This document shows positions 1-14,214 of a DNA stretch of 64,000 nucleotides, piece after piece. The stretch lies in contig NC_058368.1 of NCBI RefSeq assembly GCF_018350175.1, forward strand, positions 97,280,001 through 97,344,000. Direction: 5' to 3'. The notes beneath the pieces are model-generated. The model was not told where the DNA came from. It worked only from the letters and a program-made list of their open reading frames with translations, and did no database searches. The position numbers and the translations under genes are program-made. The stretch's first letter is position 1, and every line of letters starts with the position of its first letter. This stretch comes from Felis catus (taxonomy: Eukaryota).

Positions 1-732
1 GGGTCTCACTGTATTACTAAATAAAATAATTGATTTAAATCTATCTCTGAGATTCTTTCAAGCACTAAAATTCTTGGCTTCTCATCTCCCATCACTTAGG
101 TAAACACTATCAGGGCCCTGATTAAATCTCATGTTTATTCTCTCCACTCTTCATTGTACAGCAAAGTGGAAAAAGTTGCATATGCAGTATCAAATACATG
201 TATGTGCAAACATAATATTATTTCACTATTATGTAAAGAACAATAATCAGCCAAACTGTGACCCTGATCTCTACTTTCTTGTCAGCCTAAAAGAGTGCTA
301 GGAATGTAAATAGCTGCTGACTGATAAATAAGTTTTTAAAACTCAAATATGCAATGATCACTCTGTCTGACAGCTGAAAAGGTGCTAAGAGAAATACAAA
401 CATGCATTATATTTTGTAGTGTTATGGAATTTAATTTTATTAAGACCACTGTCCATTCAAGTGTAGTCAACATACTGAGATGTTAGCTAATGCCTATACT
501 TGCTCTGTTCATTTTCTCAGACTATTTAAGAATGCTAGTGAAATCCAAAAAGTGAACTGGTATTTCTTAAATGAATTCATTCAAACACAATTTGGGTGAC
601 ATAAAAGCCTTGCTTAATTGTCATTAATGATACAATACGTTCCCCTCAGAGAGAGCATAATTCTGTCAACTTTGCAGCGTGAAAAATATGTACATAAATG
701 TCAGATATGGACCTTAAGAAATGAATTCATTT

Positions 733-904
733 TGGGGCTCCTGGGTGTCTCCGTCAGTTAAGTGTCTGACTCTTGGTTTTGGTTCAGGTCATGATTTCAC
801 GGTTTCATGGGTTTGAGCCCCACTTCAGGCTCTACGTGGACAATGTGGAGCCTGCTTGGGATTCTCTTTCTCCCTCTCTCTCTGCCCCTCCCCCACTCAC
901 ACTG

Positions 905-947
<43 letters not shown>

Positions 948-965
948 AAATAAATAAACTTAAGA
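733..965 (+). mobile_element. CAN-SINE
   Basis: tRNA-like head, (CT)n, A tail; TSD aaatgaat(t/g)catttt. Confidence 0.9.
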
Positions 966-1624
966 AAATAAATGAATGCATTTTTAGTGACACATATAAG
1001 GCTGATGAATTTGTACCCCAAAAAGGAGTGAAACAATGTTAACTGCAAAGGAGAATGAGAAGACTATGGAAAAAGGAATATGAAGTGGAGAATTCTCATC
1101 AAATTACAGGGATTTCTTTTCTACTCAGTAAGAAAAACAATTATCATTTTAAATCAAAACTGAATTTTCCCAAAGCTTATCATTCATCTTTTCAAGCGAT
1201 TTAAGTGAAAATTCTATTAGATGGTTAATCAAAACAGTGGCATGTTAATTCCACACTTCTTTGTGGAAAGCATTAGTTACAATGAAAGCATCAACTATGA
1301 TGATATGCAATATTTAACAAATTGTGGTTTACTGTTATATTGTTTTTCACCATCTGCTTAATGAAAGCTTCTCCTGTAGTTTAACTTACTATCATCTTAT
1401 TAAGATTCCCATCACTTGCTTAATCCCTAGAAAAGCTATTTGTGTATATTTAATTTATTGACAATATCTAGAGAACCTAACTCTATCTATATTAATTAGT
1501 TCCTTTTATACTAGACAAGGTCAACATTCTAAGCCAGAGACATAGACACAAAATCTTTGTAACTGTTAGTATGATTTCTATGTCTGAATAACTTTTTCTC
1601 CAAAGACAGTACTCAGTTCCAATA

Positions 1625-2195
1625 CACCATCATTTCTAGCCTGAATCCCTGCAAATGCCTATCTGGACATCCTGTGTCTGCTGTAGTCTTCTTGTAAATC
1701 ATTCTCTATGTGTCAATCAAGTGATTCTTTTAAAAAAAAAAAAAGATCGCATTATTACTCAGATGAAAATCCTCAACTTGACACAAAGCAAAATCCTTCA
1801 CACAGTCTGTAAATCACCTATTACATAACACCACCCTTCCCCCTCCGTCACTACATACCAGCCACACTAAGTATGGAAATGTCTTCACTCTTTGCTTTGC
1901 TTGGCTAACTACAGCCAAGTTCAGCTTTGGCTGAGCTCCTTCAGCTCTCAAATGCTACAGACGTCTTCATGAGTCTCCAGCTTCAGTCAAACCTCCATTT
2001 TGAAGTACTCCTTATATTCCATTCACAGAATTTAATTTGTAATCACATACTGATCTAAGTTGCTATTTCTACACAATGTAAACTCCATTAGGACATGAAC
2101 TGTCTTTTTTACTTACCACTATATTCTATCTAATTTCAAGAACAGTGACAATCACAGTGGCTGGTGTTCAATTAATATTGGTTGAATTAGTGAAC
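1625..2195 (+). mobile_element. L2 3' fragment
   Basis: Degenerate L2 3' end (tgtaaactccat...ttcaattaatattggttgaattagtgaa). Confidence 0.55.
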
Positions 2196-3830
2196 ACTGA
2201 TTACCATCATTAGAAAATAAACAACCATAGCTATGCATTCAAACCCAGCAGTAAACACATACATTTGGGGGGGGGGGGGGGGGGGTTGTGACATTACTAA
2301 TGAAGTAGATGCAGAAATGAGAAGGGGAAAATAAATCTATATACAGAGATTAGGGATTTGTGTCTAACTTAAGCTTATAAAGCTGATAAACAAATGCTTT
2401 AGCCAATTATTAATTTTTACACAGAAAAGTTGAAATGGGAAACAAATATTAATCATAATTTATCTCTTTTGAGGGAATTTACTAAGTTTATAATGCAGAC
2501 AAAGCCCACTGATGACACATAAATCCTACAAGAACTAGAAATCTAGCCAATTGTTCATACTGTAGAAAAAGGAATACACCTCCATTTAAGCTGAGAAATC
2601 TATAGAAAGCACTTAGACTTTATAAACCAAATATGAACCATGTTTAATTATAAAATATGTGTGTGCTTATCCAATCCTTCTCTAGGAATATGAAAAGGAT
2701 CAGTTTCCTTTATTCTATGCAATTTTAACACTTTTCTACAATAGAAAATCTGTCTTTAAAGCAATTTCTTTTTGGGATAATGGAAAAATTCAACCAGAGT
2801 AAACTCAGCATGTTACTGAAATCTACATTAAGAACATAAATAAATTATCTCTTCCAAACATTATGCTTTAATTCAAAGTGACATTTTTAGAGCACTCACT
2901 TGGGAGGAAAAAAAATACTAAAGGGAATAAATGTCATGCAATTTTTTTAACTGTATAGTCATATAAGGAAAACAGATGTCAGAAAAAAACCTTTTTTACA
3001 ACTGTTATATTTGTCTAATCACATATATATGTACACACACACATATTTATTTCCTACCATAAAAATGAAAAAACCAAAAGCTTCTAAACTCCCAACCCAA
3101 GAAGTATGTTCAAGTTGGTAACATGGAAAGTTAGTGTTTCGTGATTATATCATTCAGACGTTTGTTTCTAAGACATCAAACATTCTTACATAAGTTAGAA
3201 TTTTTTTAATATATGTTTTCAATAATCATAAAGACTCTCATTTAATAACCACAGAATTTACATTTTGTTCCTTTAAAATTACAATGTTTATAATCTTTTA
3301 CCCCAGCTTTTCATAATAACACATTTACATTTGGTTAAAGGTTATTTTAAAAAATCCTAAAAATGATCATGTTATGCAGACAGAGGATATTTGTTGCACA
3401 ACTCAGAAACTTATATTTAGTGTGAGCAGTTTTTGGAATTGTTTAATAATATTATATATGAGTGGATACTAAAGTATCTGTAACAACATAGCATACATTA
3501 ACAGCCTTTTGACTATTCAGAGGTCATCATTATTTCTAAATTTAGCTATAAGTTATACCAGTATAGAAAACATCATCCTAAATTTGGACTTATCAAAATT
3601 CTGGGGAAAGATAATGATGCTTATCTGAAAGACTGAAATGAAAATAATTACTGGTCTAGTGATTTTCAGAAACAAGAATCTTTAGTATTAACTCTGACAT
3701 GACAGCTTAATACATGAAAGCATATAACTCAAGGTCACTATATTAGCCACATATTAGAAAAATTTTGCATTTGTGCTTACTTTCTATAATCATTAATGTC
3801 TTTTCTAAATATAAAAAATTACATGTTCAT

Positions 3831-3974
3831 ACAAAGGAAGGGAAGCAAAAATAATATAAAAACAGGAAGGGGAACAAAACGTAAGAGACTTTTAAATATG
3901 GAAAACATGCACTATATGCTAACTAACTGGATGTAAATTTTAAAAACATTAAATTAAAATATTGTGGATTAAAG
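3831..3974 (+). mobile_element. Very short felid L1 3' UTR insertion with internal deletion
   Basis: Matches the 3' UTR of the L1 copies at 10560 and 41890; 15-bp TSD aaattacatgttcat at 3816-3830 and 3975-3989. Confidence 0.85.
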
Positions 3975-4349
3975 AAATTACATGTTCATTATAAAAGACC
4001 TATAAGATTTAGAAATGCATAATATAAAAAGTGAAAGTACTCGGTAATTTCATGACCTAGAGACAATGACTATGTACCATATAGCATTTATTCTTCCACA
4101 CCTTAATTTTAACATGTAATTGTGGAATTTAATATCTATAAAAATATATAATATTTGAGTTATCAAATAGAAGACTAAAACTGACAGCCCTGAATCTTTT
4201 AATAACTTTTTAAGAAACAGAATATAACCAAAATGACTGATGCTCCCAGGAGACTCTTCTCTGTATGCTCCACACAGGCACAAAAATATAGACAGACCAA
4301 TGGATAGAGAGACAGACAGAAAGATCCATACATCCAAGTTCACTTAAGA

Positions 4350-4960
4350 ATGTTCATAGTAAAACAGCACAAGTTCTCCTAAACAACTTGACCTCCTCTG
4401 AGATGTCCACTACTGTAAAGTTTTTATAATTCTCTTATTTTTAGGTACCCTAAATAAGACACTGCTCAACTTTCTCTATTTTCAGGCTTTATAGAAAAGG
4501 TTAATTTTTCTTCGGTGACTTGTCTTTCTCAGAATATTTCAGAGATTCATTCATATTGATTCCTATAGCTTTAGTCCATTCATTTTCATTACTGTCTGAC
4601 AATACCTCTGTTTGCAAATCTGTCACAATTTATGTATTCATTGAAACGTGATCTTTAAAGTTATCTGCTATTATGAACAAAATAATAGGAGTTCATGTGT
4701 CCTAGTATAGAAGTGCACAAGCTTCACCAGAGTACACAGATAGAAGTGAAACTAATATCAAAGTACTGGGTTATACTTTCCTCTTGAAGCAATGACAGAC
4801 TGTTCCAAAGTAGTTACATTTTATACACTCTTCAGTAGTAAGAATTCCATTTGCTCCATATCAACTCCAACATCTGAGGTCATCAGATTTTTTTAAATGT
4901 TTGCCAGTCTAGTGGGTAGAAAATAGTTTCTCAGAGCATTTTGTATTTTTTCTTTCTTCT
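4350..4960 (-). mobile_element. Old L1M 3' fragment
   Basis: Antisense L1 motifs (ccatttgctccatatc, ttgccagtctagtggg). Confidence 0.5.
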
Positions 4961-5121
4961 ACTCAATTCATCAGTTCAAAAAGCTCCCCGATATCCTTCA
5001 CTTTCATTGCAATAAGGCTGAGAATTTTATTATCCATTTTACAAATGAAGAAAAGCAGATGTATGCATTTTTTTTGTTATTTAAAGAAAGTTTTAAAAAA
5101 TCCCAACAGAAATAGATTGTA

Positions 5122-5340
5122 AGGGCGCCTGGGTGGCTCAGTCGGTTAAGCAACCAACTTCAGCTCAGGTCATGATCTCATGGTTCATGGGTTCGAGCCA
5201 CGCATCGGGCTCTGTGCTGATAGCTCAGAGCCTGGAGCCTGCTTTGGACTCTGTCTCCCTCTCTCTCTGCCCCACCCCTACTCATGCTCTGACTCTCTCT
5301 GTCTCTCAAAAATAAACATTGAAAAAAAAATTTTTTAAAA
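5122..5340 (+). mobile_element. CAN-SINE
   Basis: gggcgcctgggtggctcagtcggttaag head, (CT)n and A tail. Confidence 0.92.
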
Positions 5341-6659
5341 GAAACACATATAGATAAGAGGCTTAGAGATACACACACACCTTTTAAGGGGGGGGGGGGG
5401 GGGAGGTGGAAAAAAAGCCACAAGCTTGGTCCAGAAAGAGAACTTGAGAGTTATAAGAAAGGAATAATTCTGGGAAGCTGACCAAACTGGGGAGCTCAGG
5501 TAGGGCACCATTTAGGGATTTTTAGGAAACAGCAATGGTGAATGATTTGCTGCTGACTATGGTCAGACCTTATTAGGCAGAAGCAGGAACCAGTGAAACA
5601 AAGGTGATTATTACTAACAAGAACCTCATTTGGGACCCCAGCCAGCCCAGGATAGCAGAGGAATCTTGGTTTACCACTTGCTTGTTGCACAATGAAGGTG
5701 GGCTGTATTGTACCTCTTAGCATACTTGCCATCTGACATTATCTTGAAATAATGGGTTTGTGAATGTTTTTAGAAAGATATCCAGGTGAAGTAGAAAAGG
5801 GATTGGGACTGGGACTGGGATTGGGCAACCCTAGGATCACCAAATACATCTTTATGACCCAGACCAAGCCATGTAACTTCTGTGTCCGTTTCCTTCATCT
5901 GCTGTGCATGGCAGAATTAGAGAAAGACCAATTGAAAAGGAGTATGGCAACACATTCTGTAAAATGTAAACTGCTTTACTAACATAAAAAATTAGTGATA
6001 CTGTTAATGCTGATAATGTTCAAACCTCTATCTATGTTATAAAATTTATAATTTTAAAAGTCAGAAAGTTGATTAAAGCTGCAATTAAAAGTTTAAAAAT
6101 TTTCAAGAGATCTCAACAGTAGTCAATATTCTGTCCCTAATTCGGTGACTGTTCCTACTTTATATTTATGTGTTTATATGTGTAAGCTTTGTTTTTTTTT
6201 TTCTTTTACTCCTTGATAACCTGCCGTGTGTGTGCATGTATATATGTGCACTCCCATTTTCACAATATTGGGTGCTCTTCCTCTTTCTTACTGATTCATA
6301 GGATACTTTATAACATATATCACAAATACTTTTATCCATTGCATGTTCAGTCTCCTAATTTCTTTTGATGGCTACAAGTTCTTATTTTAATGAAGTAAAA
6401 TTTATCACCTTTTACTTTATGGTTACTGCTTTCCATACTATGTTTAAGGAATCTTAAACACCAAAGTCACCTAAAAGGATGAGTGATAATGGCTCCTGGC
6501 TGACACACTGGGCTGGGTATGTGTCTGCTCACTCCAGCCAGAAGAGGAAATCTCATGACCCACAGGGTACTGAACAGAGTACACGGAAGGGCCTTTCCTC
6601 CATAATAGGGAATAAATAGCACTAGACTGAGCACGTGAGTACTTGCTTGCTTCCTCTTA

Positions 6660-6915
6660 TGTATGTGCCACCATCATCATGAAAATATGCCTGGAATAGT
6701 TTACAAGATGAGAAGCAAGTGGAGAAAAGGCTAATCACATTCAGGGATCTATCTATCCAAGAGCCAGTCTACACCAGCTATAAGAGCGAGCCCAGCCAAG
6801 ACCAGCAGAGCTGCCTTGCATATACAGCTCACCCTGTGACCAACAAACTTACCTTTACATGTTATTAAAATATGTGTGGTCGTTTGTTTCACAGACTTAT
6901 TGTGGCAGTATATAT
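6660..6915 (+). mobile_element. MaLR (MLT1-like) LTR fragment
   Basis: gagcccagccaagaccagcagagctgcc...gtttgtttcacagacttattgtggcagta resembles an MLT1 3' end. Confidence 0.55.
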
Positions 6916-7014
6916 ACACATTCCTATCATAAAGAAGATTTGGGGTCCTAAGGTGACCACAGAGCTTTGCAGTATTTCAATATCAAATGGTCTACTGCCA
7001 TCTAAAATTAAGAA

Positions 7015-7182
7015 GGCTCAGTCGGTTAGGTGTCTGACTTCGGTAGGGGTCATGATCTCACAGTCTGTGAGTTCGAGCCCTGCGTCAGGCTCTGTGCTGA
7101 CAGCTCAGAGCCTGGAACCTGCTTCAGATTCTGTGTCTCCCTCTCTCTCTGCCCCTCCCCGACTCACATTCTCTCTCTCTCT

Positions 7183-7213
<31 letters not shown>

Positions 7214-7232
7214 AAAAATAAATAAACATTAA
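7015..7232 (+). mobile_element. CAN-SINE, slightly 5' truncated
   Basis: SINE body, (CT)n, aataaa tail. Confidence 0.9.
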
Positions 7233-7329
7233 GGCTAAACACTTAAAAATGTACACTTAAAAACGATAAAGATAGTAAATGCTGTTGTGTATTCTAACCC
7301 AATAAAAAATGGAAAGGATCTTTCCAGTA

Positions 7330-7815
7330 CATAATGCCAGGCTTTAATCCAATGATGGCATTAAAAAGTCCCCAATCCAGGCCCTCTCCTATTCTCTGGC
7401 ATCTTTTCTTACCATTTCATTACCTGTACGCCATTTTCTAAAGACCATGATCTAGCTATAGCTCCTTACATACATGCTGCTGTTTCTGCTCTCTGATGCT
7501 CTTTTCCCACTTTCCCCTCTTCACAGAGGCATGCTTCCTTCTCCTGCTCTCCCATGGGTAACTCCTGACACATTCTTTAGGTGGGTAATACCGCTCCTAC
7601 AGGAAACCTTCCATCACTGTCCCTACTGGGATACATGATATTTCTATTCTCCCAAAATACCTACTACCATTGTTCTTGGAGCACTGCACTATAGTTAAAT
7701 TTATGTGCTTGCCTCTCCCAACTCAGCGGTGCTCCTCAAGAAACAATAACTGGCTGTCTGCTCATCTTATGTTCATGATACCTAAGGACCCAGCACATAA
7801 AAAGTGTTGAATGAA
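7330..7815 (+). mobile_element. L2 3' fragment
   Basis: Degenerate L2 end (ggaaaccttcc...gctcctcaag...cccagcacata...gttgaatgaa). Confidence 0.5.
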
Positions 7816-8063
7816 CTTTTGTTTTATAAATACACCTATAAGCAAATAAACATACAAGCCAACCAGTCACATTCTCTTCCCAAGACAGACAGGAGCTCTG
7901 CTTTCTAGTTTTTTCTATACTTTTTCCTCACCAATGAGGAAAACACCCTGGAGAAGGAGCTCACTAACTGATAGAAAAATGCCTTCGATTTAAGAAGGTA
8001 GCAAGTAGAGAAGTAGTTTCTAAACGAAGATACTTAGTGACAGTTATGAAAAAAATTTATACA

Positions 8064-8288
8064 GGGGCGCCTGGGTGGTTCAGTCAGTTGAGCGGCCGAC
8101 TTCGGCTCGGATCATGATCTCGCGGTCCATGAGTTCGAGCCCGGCGTCAGGCTCTGTGCTGACAGCTCAGAGCCTGGAGCCTGTTTCAGATTCTGTGTCT
8201 CCCTCTCTCTGACCCTCCCCCGTTCATGCTCTGTCTCTCTCTGTCTCAAAAATAAATAAACGTTAAAATTTTTTTTTTTTTTTTTTTT
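8064..8288 (+). mobile_element. CAN-SINE (SINEC_Fc)
   Basis: Full length; TSD aatttataca. Confidence 0.93.
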
Positions 8289-8329
8289 AATTTATACAAT
8301 AGTAGAGCTCTTCAGAAGTGCTCTGAATC

Positions 8330-8493
8330 GGGGCACCTGGAGGGCTCAGTCGGTTGAGCGGCCCAGTTCAGGTCATGATCTCACTATTTGTGAGTTCAAG
8401 CCCCACATTGGGCTCTGTGCTGACAGCTCAGAGCCTGAAGCCTGCTTCAGATTCTGTGTCTCTCTCTCCCTGCTCTCCCCTACTCACACTCTG

Positions 8494-8538
<45 letters not shown>

Positions 8539-8571
8539 AATAAATAAATAATAATAAAAATTTTTTTTAAT
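8330..8571 (+). mobile_element. CAN-SINE
   Basis: TSD aagtgctctgaatc. Confidence 0.92.
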
Positions 8572-8657
8572 AAGTGCTCTGAATCACACAATACCACATG
8601 GCTCCAAATAAATTTTTTGTCTGTTATGGGGCTTACTATTAAAAGTAAGAAAAGGCC

Positions 8658-8874
8658 GGGGCACCTGGGTGGCTCCGTCAGTTGAGCGTCCGACTTCAGC
8701 TTAGGTCACAATCCCACAGCTCGTGAGTTCGAGCCCCGCGTCGGGCTCTGTGCTGACAGCTGAGAGCCTGGAGACTGCTTCAGGTTCTGTGTCTCCCTCT
8801 CTCTCTGCCCCTTCCTGCTTGTACTCTGTCTCTCTCTCTCTCAAAAACAAGTAAACATTAAAAAAAAAAAAAAA
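8658..8874 (+). mobile_element. CAN-SINE
   Basis: TSD aaaagtaagaaaaggcc. Confidence 0.93.
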
Positions 8875-9931
8875 AAGTAAGAAAAGGCCAAGGAATCTGG
8901 ACCCGTAAGCAGAACACGCAGAAAACACTAAAATGTAACACCAGTGAGGAGATTTCCTTATCGACAATTTAGCATAATGGTAAAAAGAATTTAAGTAAAA
9001 GTGCTAAAAACAATTTCAAGAAAAGACAGAACTGCTTCCCACAGTGATGCTATATTCAGTGATATACTAGAGTTTATATTTTATGTCCAAATTCTTACTT
9101 GCTGTTGAAAAGGCCACTTTGTAAGAACATAAATACATGAAGTAGAAAAAAAATCATTTGAATTTGGTTAAGGGGGTGATGAAATGGCAACTCCTGTGAC
9201 TTAATTACATTTGGCTCATCTTTTTTAAATGAATCTTTAACAGGAGAACTGCAAGATGTTCAAAACTATAGAACAATGAAGGTAAATAAAATTCCCTAGC
9301 TGACTTAGGAAATGACTTCCCATTAATTAAAGACCTGTACAAACGGAACGCTCTTTGTCTTCATTATTCTCCTAACTCCTTTTCTTTGTCTTTAATGTTC
9401 TACAAATCTAGGAAAGAATAACTGTATCTGAGAATACCACTGTTTTCCTATTTTAGAAAAAATAATGAGTTCATAATATCTTTCAGACTTTGGGTTTTAT
9501 CTTGACTTTTAAATGTAGTAAACATGGGACATATGAGAAAATAATTCCTAATTAAAGAGAACTACTCAGAAAAACAAAACAAGTATCTGTATTTCCTGGA
9601 AATCTTATAATGGATCCATGTTAAAATATTACTTTAAATAAAAGTGACAAAAGGTTTCTTATCTATTTTTCTGCAAATATTTGAAATTATCATGCATATA
9701 TCATTATTTTATGCAGCACCATATTTTTAATAATTAATGTTTAGAAGTGATATAAAATAATCTCCTGAAGATAACGGGGAAGAAAATGGACCTGACCTAA
9801 GTAAGTTTGGAAAATGGTATTTTAACTTGATACTGTTAGGCTGAAGACAAAAAGAACTGTTTATAAACACTGGACTCTGGTTGGTATCTATATTTCTTAT
9901 GAAGAAAAGAGTTAATAATCATGGAACTCAT

Positions 9932-10783
9932 GGGAATGCAAGCTGGTGCAGCCACTCTGGAAAACAGTATGGAGGTTCCTCAAAAAACTAAAAATAGAAC
10001 TACCCTAAGACCCAGCAATTGCACTACTAGGCATTTATCCAGGGGATACAGGTGTGCTGTTGCGAAGGGACACATGCACCCCCATGTTTATAGCAGCACT
10101 ATCAACGATAGCCAAAGTATGGAAAGAGCCAAAATGTCCATCGACGGATGAATGGATAAAAAAGCTGTGGTATGGGGACGCCTGGGAGGCTCAGTTGGTT
10201 AAGCGTCCGACTTCGGCTCACGTCATGATCCCGCAGTGCGTGGGTTCGAGCCCCGTGATAGGCTCTGTGCTGACAGCTCAGAGCCTGGAGCCTGTTTCAG
10301 ATTCTGTGTCTCCCTCTTTCTCTGACCCTCCCCTGTTCATGCTCTCTCTCTGTCTCAAAAATAAATAAATGTTAAAAAAAAAAAAAGGTGTGGTATGTAT
10401 ATACAATGGAATATTACTCGGCAATCAAAAAGAATGAAATCTTGCCATTTGCAACTACGTGGATGGAACTGGAGGGTATAATGCTAAGTAAAATTAGTCA
10501 GAGAAAGACAAAAATCATATGACTTCACTCGTATGAGGACTTTAAGAGACAAAACAGATGAACACAAGGGAAGGGAAACAAAAATAATATAAGAACAGGG
10601 AAGGGGACAAAAGAGACTCATAAATGTGGAGAACAAACTGAGGGTTACTGGAGGGGATGTGGGAGGGGAGATGGGCTAAATGGGTAAGGGGCAATAAGGA
10701 ATCTACTCCTGAAATCACTGTTTCATTATATGCTAACTAATTTGGATGTAAATTTTAAAAAATAAAAAATTAAATTTAAAAAA
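9932..10783 (+). mobile_element. 5'-truncated felid L1 (ORF2 C-terminus and 3' UTR) with nested SINE
   Basis: ORF2 end TCTPMFIAALSTIAKVWKEPKCPSTDEWIKK; perfect TSD aatcatggaactcat at 9917-9931 and 10784-10798. Confidence 0.93.
10174..10385 (+). mobile_element. CAN-SINE nested in L1
   Basis: TSD aaaaag(c/g)tgtggtat. Confidence 0.92.
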
Positions 10784-10798
10784 AATCATGGAACTCAT

Positions 10799-12400
10799 TT
10801 GCAGGTGTACTTTTTGAACAGACAAATGAAGTGTAGATAATGGGAGCCAGGTTTCTCAAGGTCTGGGAAAGTATTTACAAATAAGCAAGAGAAAAAGGCT
10901 GGAATGAATCCCATGGTGCTGGATTACAGTTGGAGACAGCACTGTGAACTCATTTGCTTTATTACATATGCAAACAGCTACATACAGAAATAATTAGAGA
11001 TGTGTATATCCGTGAGTTAGTATACATGAGTATCTTCTTTTAAAAAGGCTGGCAACTGACAGGGTCTAGAAAACTAACACCCCAGTAGCAGCAAGTATAC
11101 CTACAGCCCATAGCTTGGTTGCTAAACACAATTTGTCAACAACAAGAACCAGGGATACTAGGAGAAATAGCTGAGCTGGAAAAATTTTAAGACTGGGACA
11201 GGAAAGCACCTTTTAGTGACAGAAAGTAAGGAAGTACTTAAGAAAAGACAGAGAGAGATGTGGCGCCTAGGTGGCTCAGTCAGTTGAGCATCCAACTCTT
11301 GATTTCAGCTCAGGCCATGATCCCAGCGTCGTGGGATCAAGCCCCATGTTAGGCACCAAGCTGAACGTGGAGCCTGCTTAAGATTCTCTCTCTCTCTTGT
11401 TCTTTCTTTCCCCCTGACCCTCTCCCCCACTCACTATCTCTAAAATAAAATTTAAAAATTAAAAAAAGAAATGAAAAGGAAAGACAGAGAGGAGGAAAAG
11501 AAAGAGATAAGCCATTTCAAAAGGACACATGAACAAGCAAGAAAGAACTCCCAATGGCCAAAGCTGAAACACTGTGAGCAACAAAGAAATAAGGACAGAA
11601 ATGGATTTTAACCCAAAATATAAAACAAATATCCATGAGTCAATACTGATATAAATAAATGACGAAGCAAGAACTGCAAAATGAGGGAGAAGGAAAGACT
11701 GGTAGGTACTGCCTTACAGAAAATTCCAAATAATATATTTAGATACTTCTTCAAGGAGGGGGACCTTAATTTGCCTCTCCTTGAACATCAACTGAACTCA
11801 GCGACTGACTTCCAATGAAAAGGGAACAGAAATGGAAAAATAGTCATTCTACATGAGAGAAAGATGGCAGACACCACCATCAACAAGCAAATGATCAAAG
11901 TTAACCCCATCACTGACAAGTACGCCCTGACAGAAGACGGAAAGATACTCCACTTTTGTTGTATTCTTTATCAAAATCCATAACCATGGTGTAACCATGA
12001 GAAGACATCAGATAAGCCCTAATCTAGCACAACATACTTGACCAGTACTCCTGAAAAGAGTCAAAGCCATGGAAACAAAGACTACGGAAAAAATGGCAAC
12101 AACAAAAAGCAGTGGCTACAAAACTGTCAGAGCTTATGGAGATGGTGGCTCCACACAACAGGGCAGGCCAGGCTGGATCCAGAAACCGCGAAAGGGCATG
12201 GGCGGAAAAACTGGTGATACGTGAACAAAGTGTGCACTCTAGTTAACAATACTCTACCAATGTTAATTTGTTAGTTTTTACAAACGCACCATGGTTATGT
12301 AAGACGTTAACATTAGGGAACGCTGGGTGAAGGGTGAATGGAAATTCTCGGTACTTTCTTTGCAAATTTCCTGTAAATTATTCCAAAAAAGAAGTTTAAA
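10799..12400 (+). mobile_element. Old L1M (L1MC/MD-like) 3' UTR, interrupted
   Basis: gggagccaggtttctca...aatgttaatttgttagttttt...gttaacattaggga...ctttgcaaatttcctgtaaat. Confidence 0.7.
11260..11470 (+). mobile_element. CAN-SINE (older subfamily)
   Basis: actcttgatttcagctcagg diagnostic motif; TSD-like aaagacagaga. Confidence 0.88.
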
Positions 12401-12600
12401 AAGAAGATGATATAAAAATTCGTGAAAGAAGAAGAAAGTCATAGAGTTTTTTTAATGTAATTATATATGCTGTCATGCCCAAAACTTTAAAATTCAGAAG
12501 GAAAATGAACTATTTTAACACCAAAAAGGAAACCTATGTATTGGCACCATTCTCTGAAGCTTAAGAATTGGTTCCACCTTCCCCTACGCTGGCCTTCTGT

Positions 12601-12835
12601 TTTCTTTTTTTTTTTTTTTTAATATTTTATGTTTTAATGTCTATTTTTGAGAGACAGAGAGAGAGAGAGTGCAAGGAGGGGAGAGGCAGAAAGACAGGGA
12701 GACACAGAATCTGACGCAGAATCCAGGCTCTGAGCTGTCAGCACAGAGCCAAACACAGGGCTCAAACCCACAAACCACGAGATCACAACCTGAGCCAAAG
12801 TTGGATGTTCAATCAACTGAGCCACCCAGGCGACA
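12601..12835 (-). mobile_element. CAN-SINE
   Basis: TSD ctacgctggc(c/t)ttct. Confidence 0.92.
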
Positions 12836-13057
12836 CTACGCTGGCTTTCTTTTAACGTTAACTTTATATTTAATTTGACAATGCATCCTGAGATATTCTG
12901 TGCTTAAAGCAAATGTATAGATGCTCTCTTCCATAGGGTCCCCTTCTCACCTAACTCCATTCTTACATGAACGATACCATACTAGACACTGTTCCTTGAG
13001 TTTGTTTTTGGAGGGTTGTTTTTCCTACTTAAAATAAATACAGCTGGGGGCAGGGGG

Positions 13058-13257
13058 GGGGGGTGCCTGGGTGGCTCAGTCAGTGAGCATCTCACTCTTG
13101 ATTTCAGCTCAGGTATGATCCCAGGGTCATGGGATTGAGCCCTGCACTGGGCTCCACACTTGGCTTAAGCTTCTCTACCTCTCTCCCTTTGCCCCTCTCC
13201 CCAACTCATGCTCTCTCATTCTCTAAAATTAAAAAAAATAAAAAAATTTAAAAAAAT
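13058..13257 (+). mobile_element. CAN-SINE (older subfamily)
   Basis: SINE head preceded by a G run; A tail. Confidence 0.85.
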
Positions 13258-14214
13258 ATATATATACACACATATATATACATATATATAACTTAGGAAT
13301 AATTGTACAGCTTTTACTATCAGCTATATAAAATGATGAAGAAATTCTTCAAAATGAATTGTGCTATGAAAATAGACAAAAAGACCTGGGGATGAGGAAT
13401 AATTTCTTTATGCAAAAAATTAATTATACATTCGCAAAAACAAAGAGTTCCATAAACGTTAGTTTAAAATATAAAGACTAAAACAAAAATATTCAAATTT
13501 AATGTGATGCTTCTGCTACTTTTTCAACATTGTTAAATGTGGGGAAAAGGTGCCTTATACCTTTTAAGTTACAAAGAAAACATCACCAGTTAGAGGCAAT
13601 AAATATTTCCATGAACCTTACAAAGCAAGTAGGTAAATGGTAAATGTTTTTGGATTAATAAAATACAGACTTGCTTACTGCCAAGGACCAGAATTTACAA
13701 GTATTTGAATCTTCAAAGACAGACATAAATAGATTTTTCTCCACACTTAGGTCACAAATCATATGCTAGGAGCATATTCAAAAATAACAGGCTTTTCCAG
13801 TTTATCTAGTTAAAAAGCAAAGAAATTGGGTGATGAAAATACATTTGCTAACAAGGTGTGTATGGGTGTGTATGTGTAAACACTTTAGAAATACAGTAAA
13901 GAAAACTTGGAAAACACATACATCTCCATTCTTTGGCTAAATTAAAAAATTCACACTAGCATGATGTGGAAAAAATATGTAACTGAATCTAGCCATATCT
14001 TAGCATTTGAAGCAAAGACAAAGGCTCTATTTGGTCTCACTGCATTCTAATTATAAAGCTCTATACAGAAGATGGTAAGAAAATGCAATATACTATCCAC
14101 TGAGGTTTTGTATGGTAGAGAACCTGTTTTGTGGAAAGGGACGTAGCAGTGTTTTTACATTCATGACTCTGTGAGGAATGCATGTGAGGGCGGTAATTCC
14201 ACACCTAAGTTTTA

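Noticed and set aside
8064..8140. tRNA-like A/B boxes (tggctcagtcgg, gttcgagccc)
   Set aside because: These are heads of tRNA-derived SINEs, not tRNA genes.
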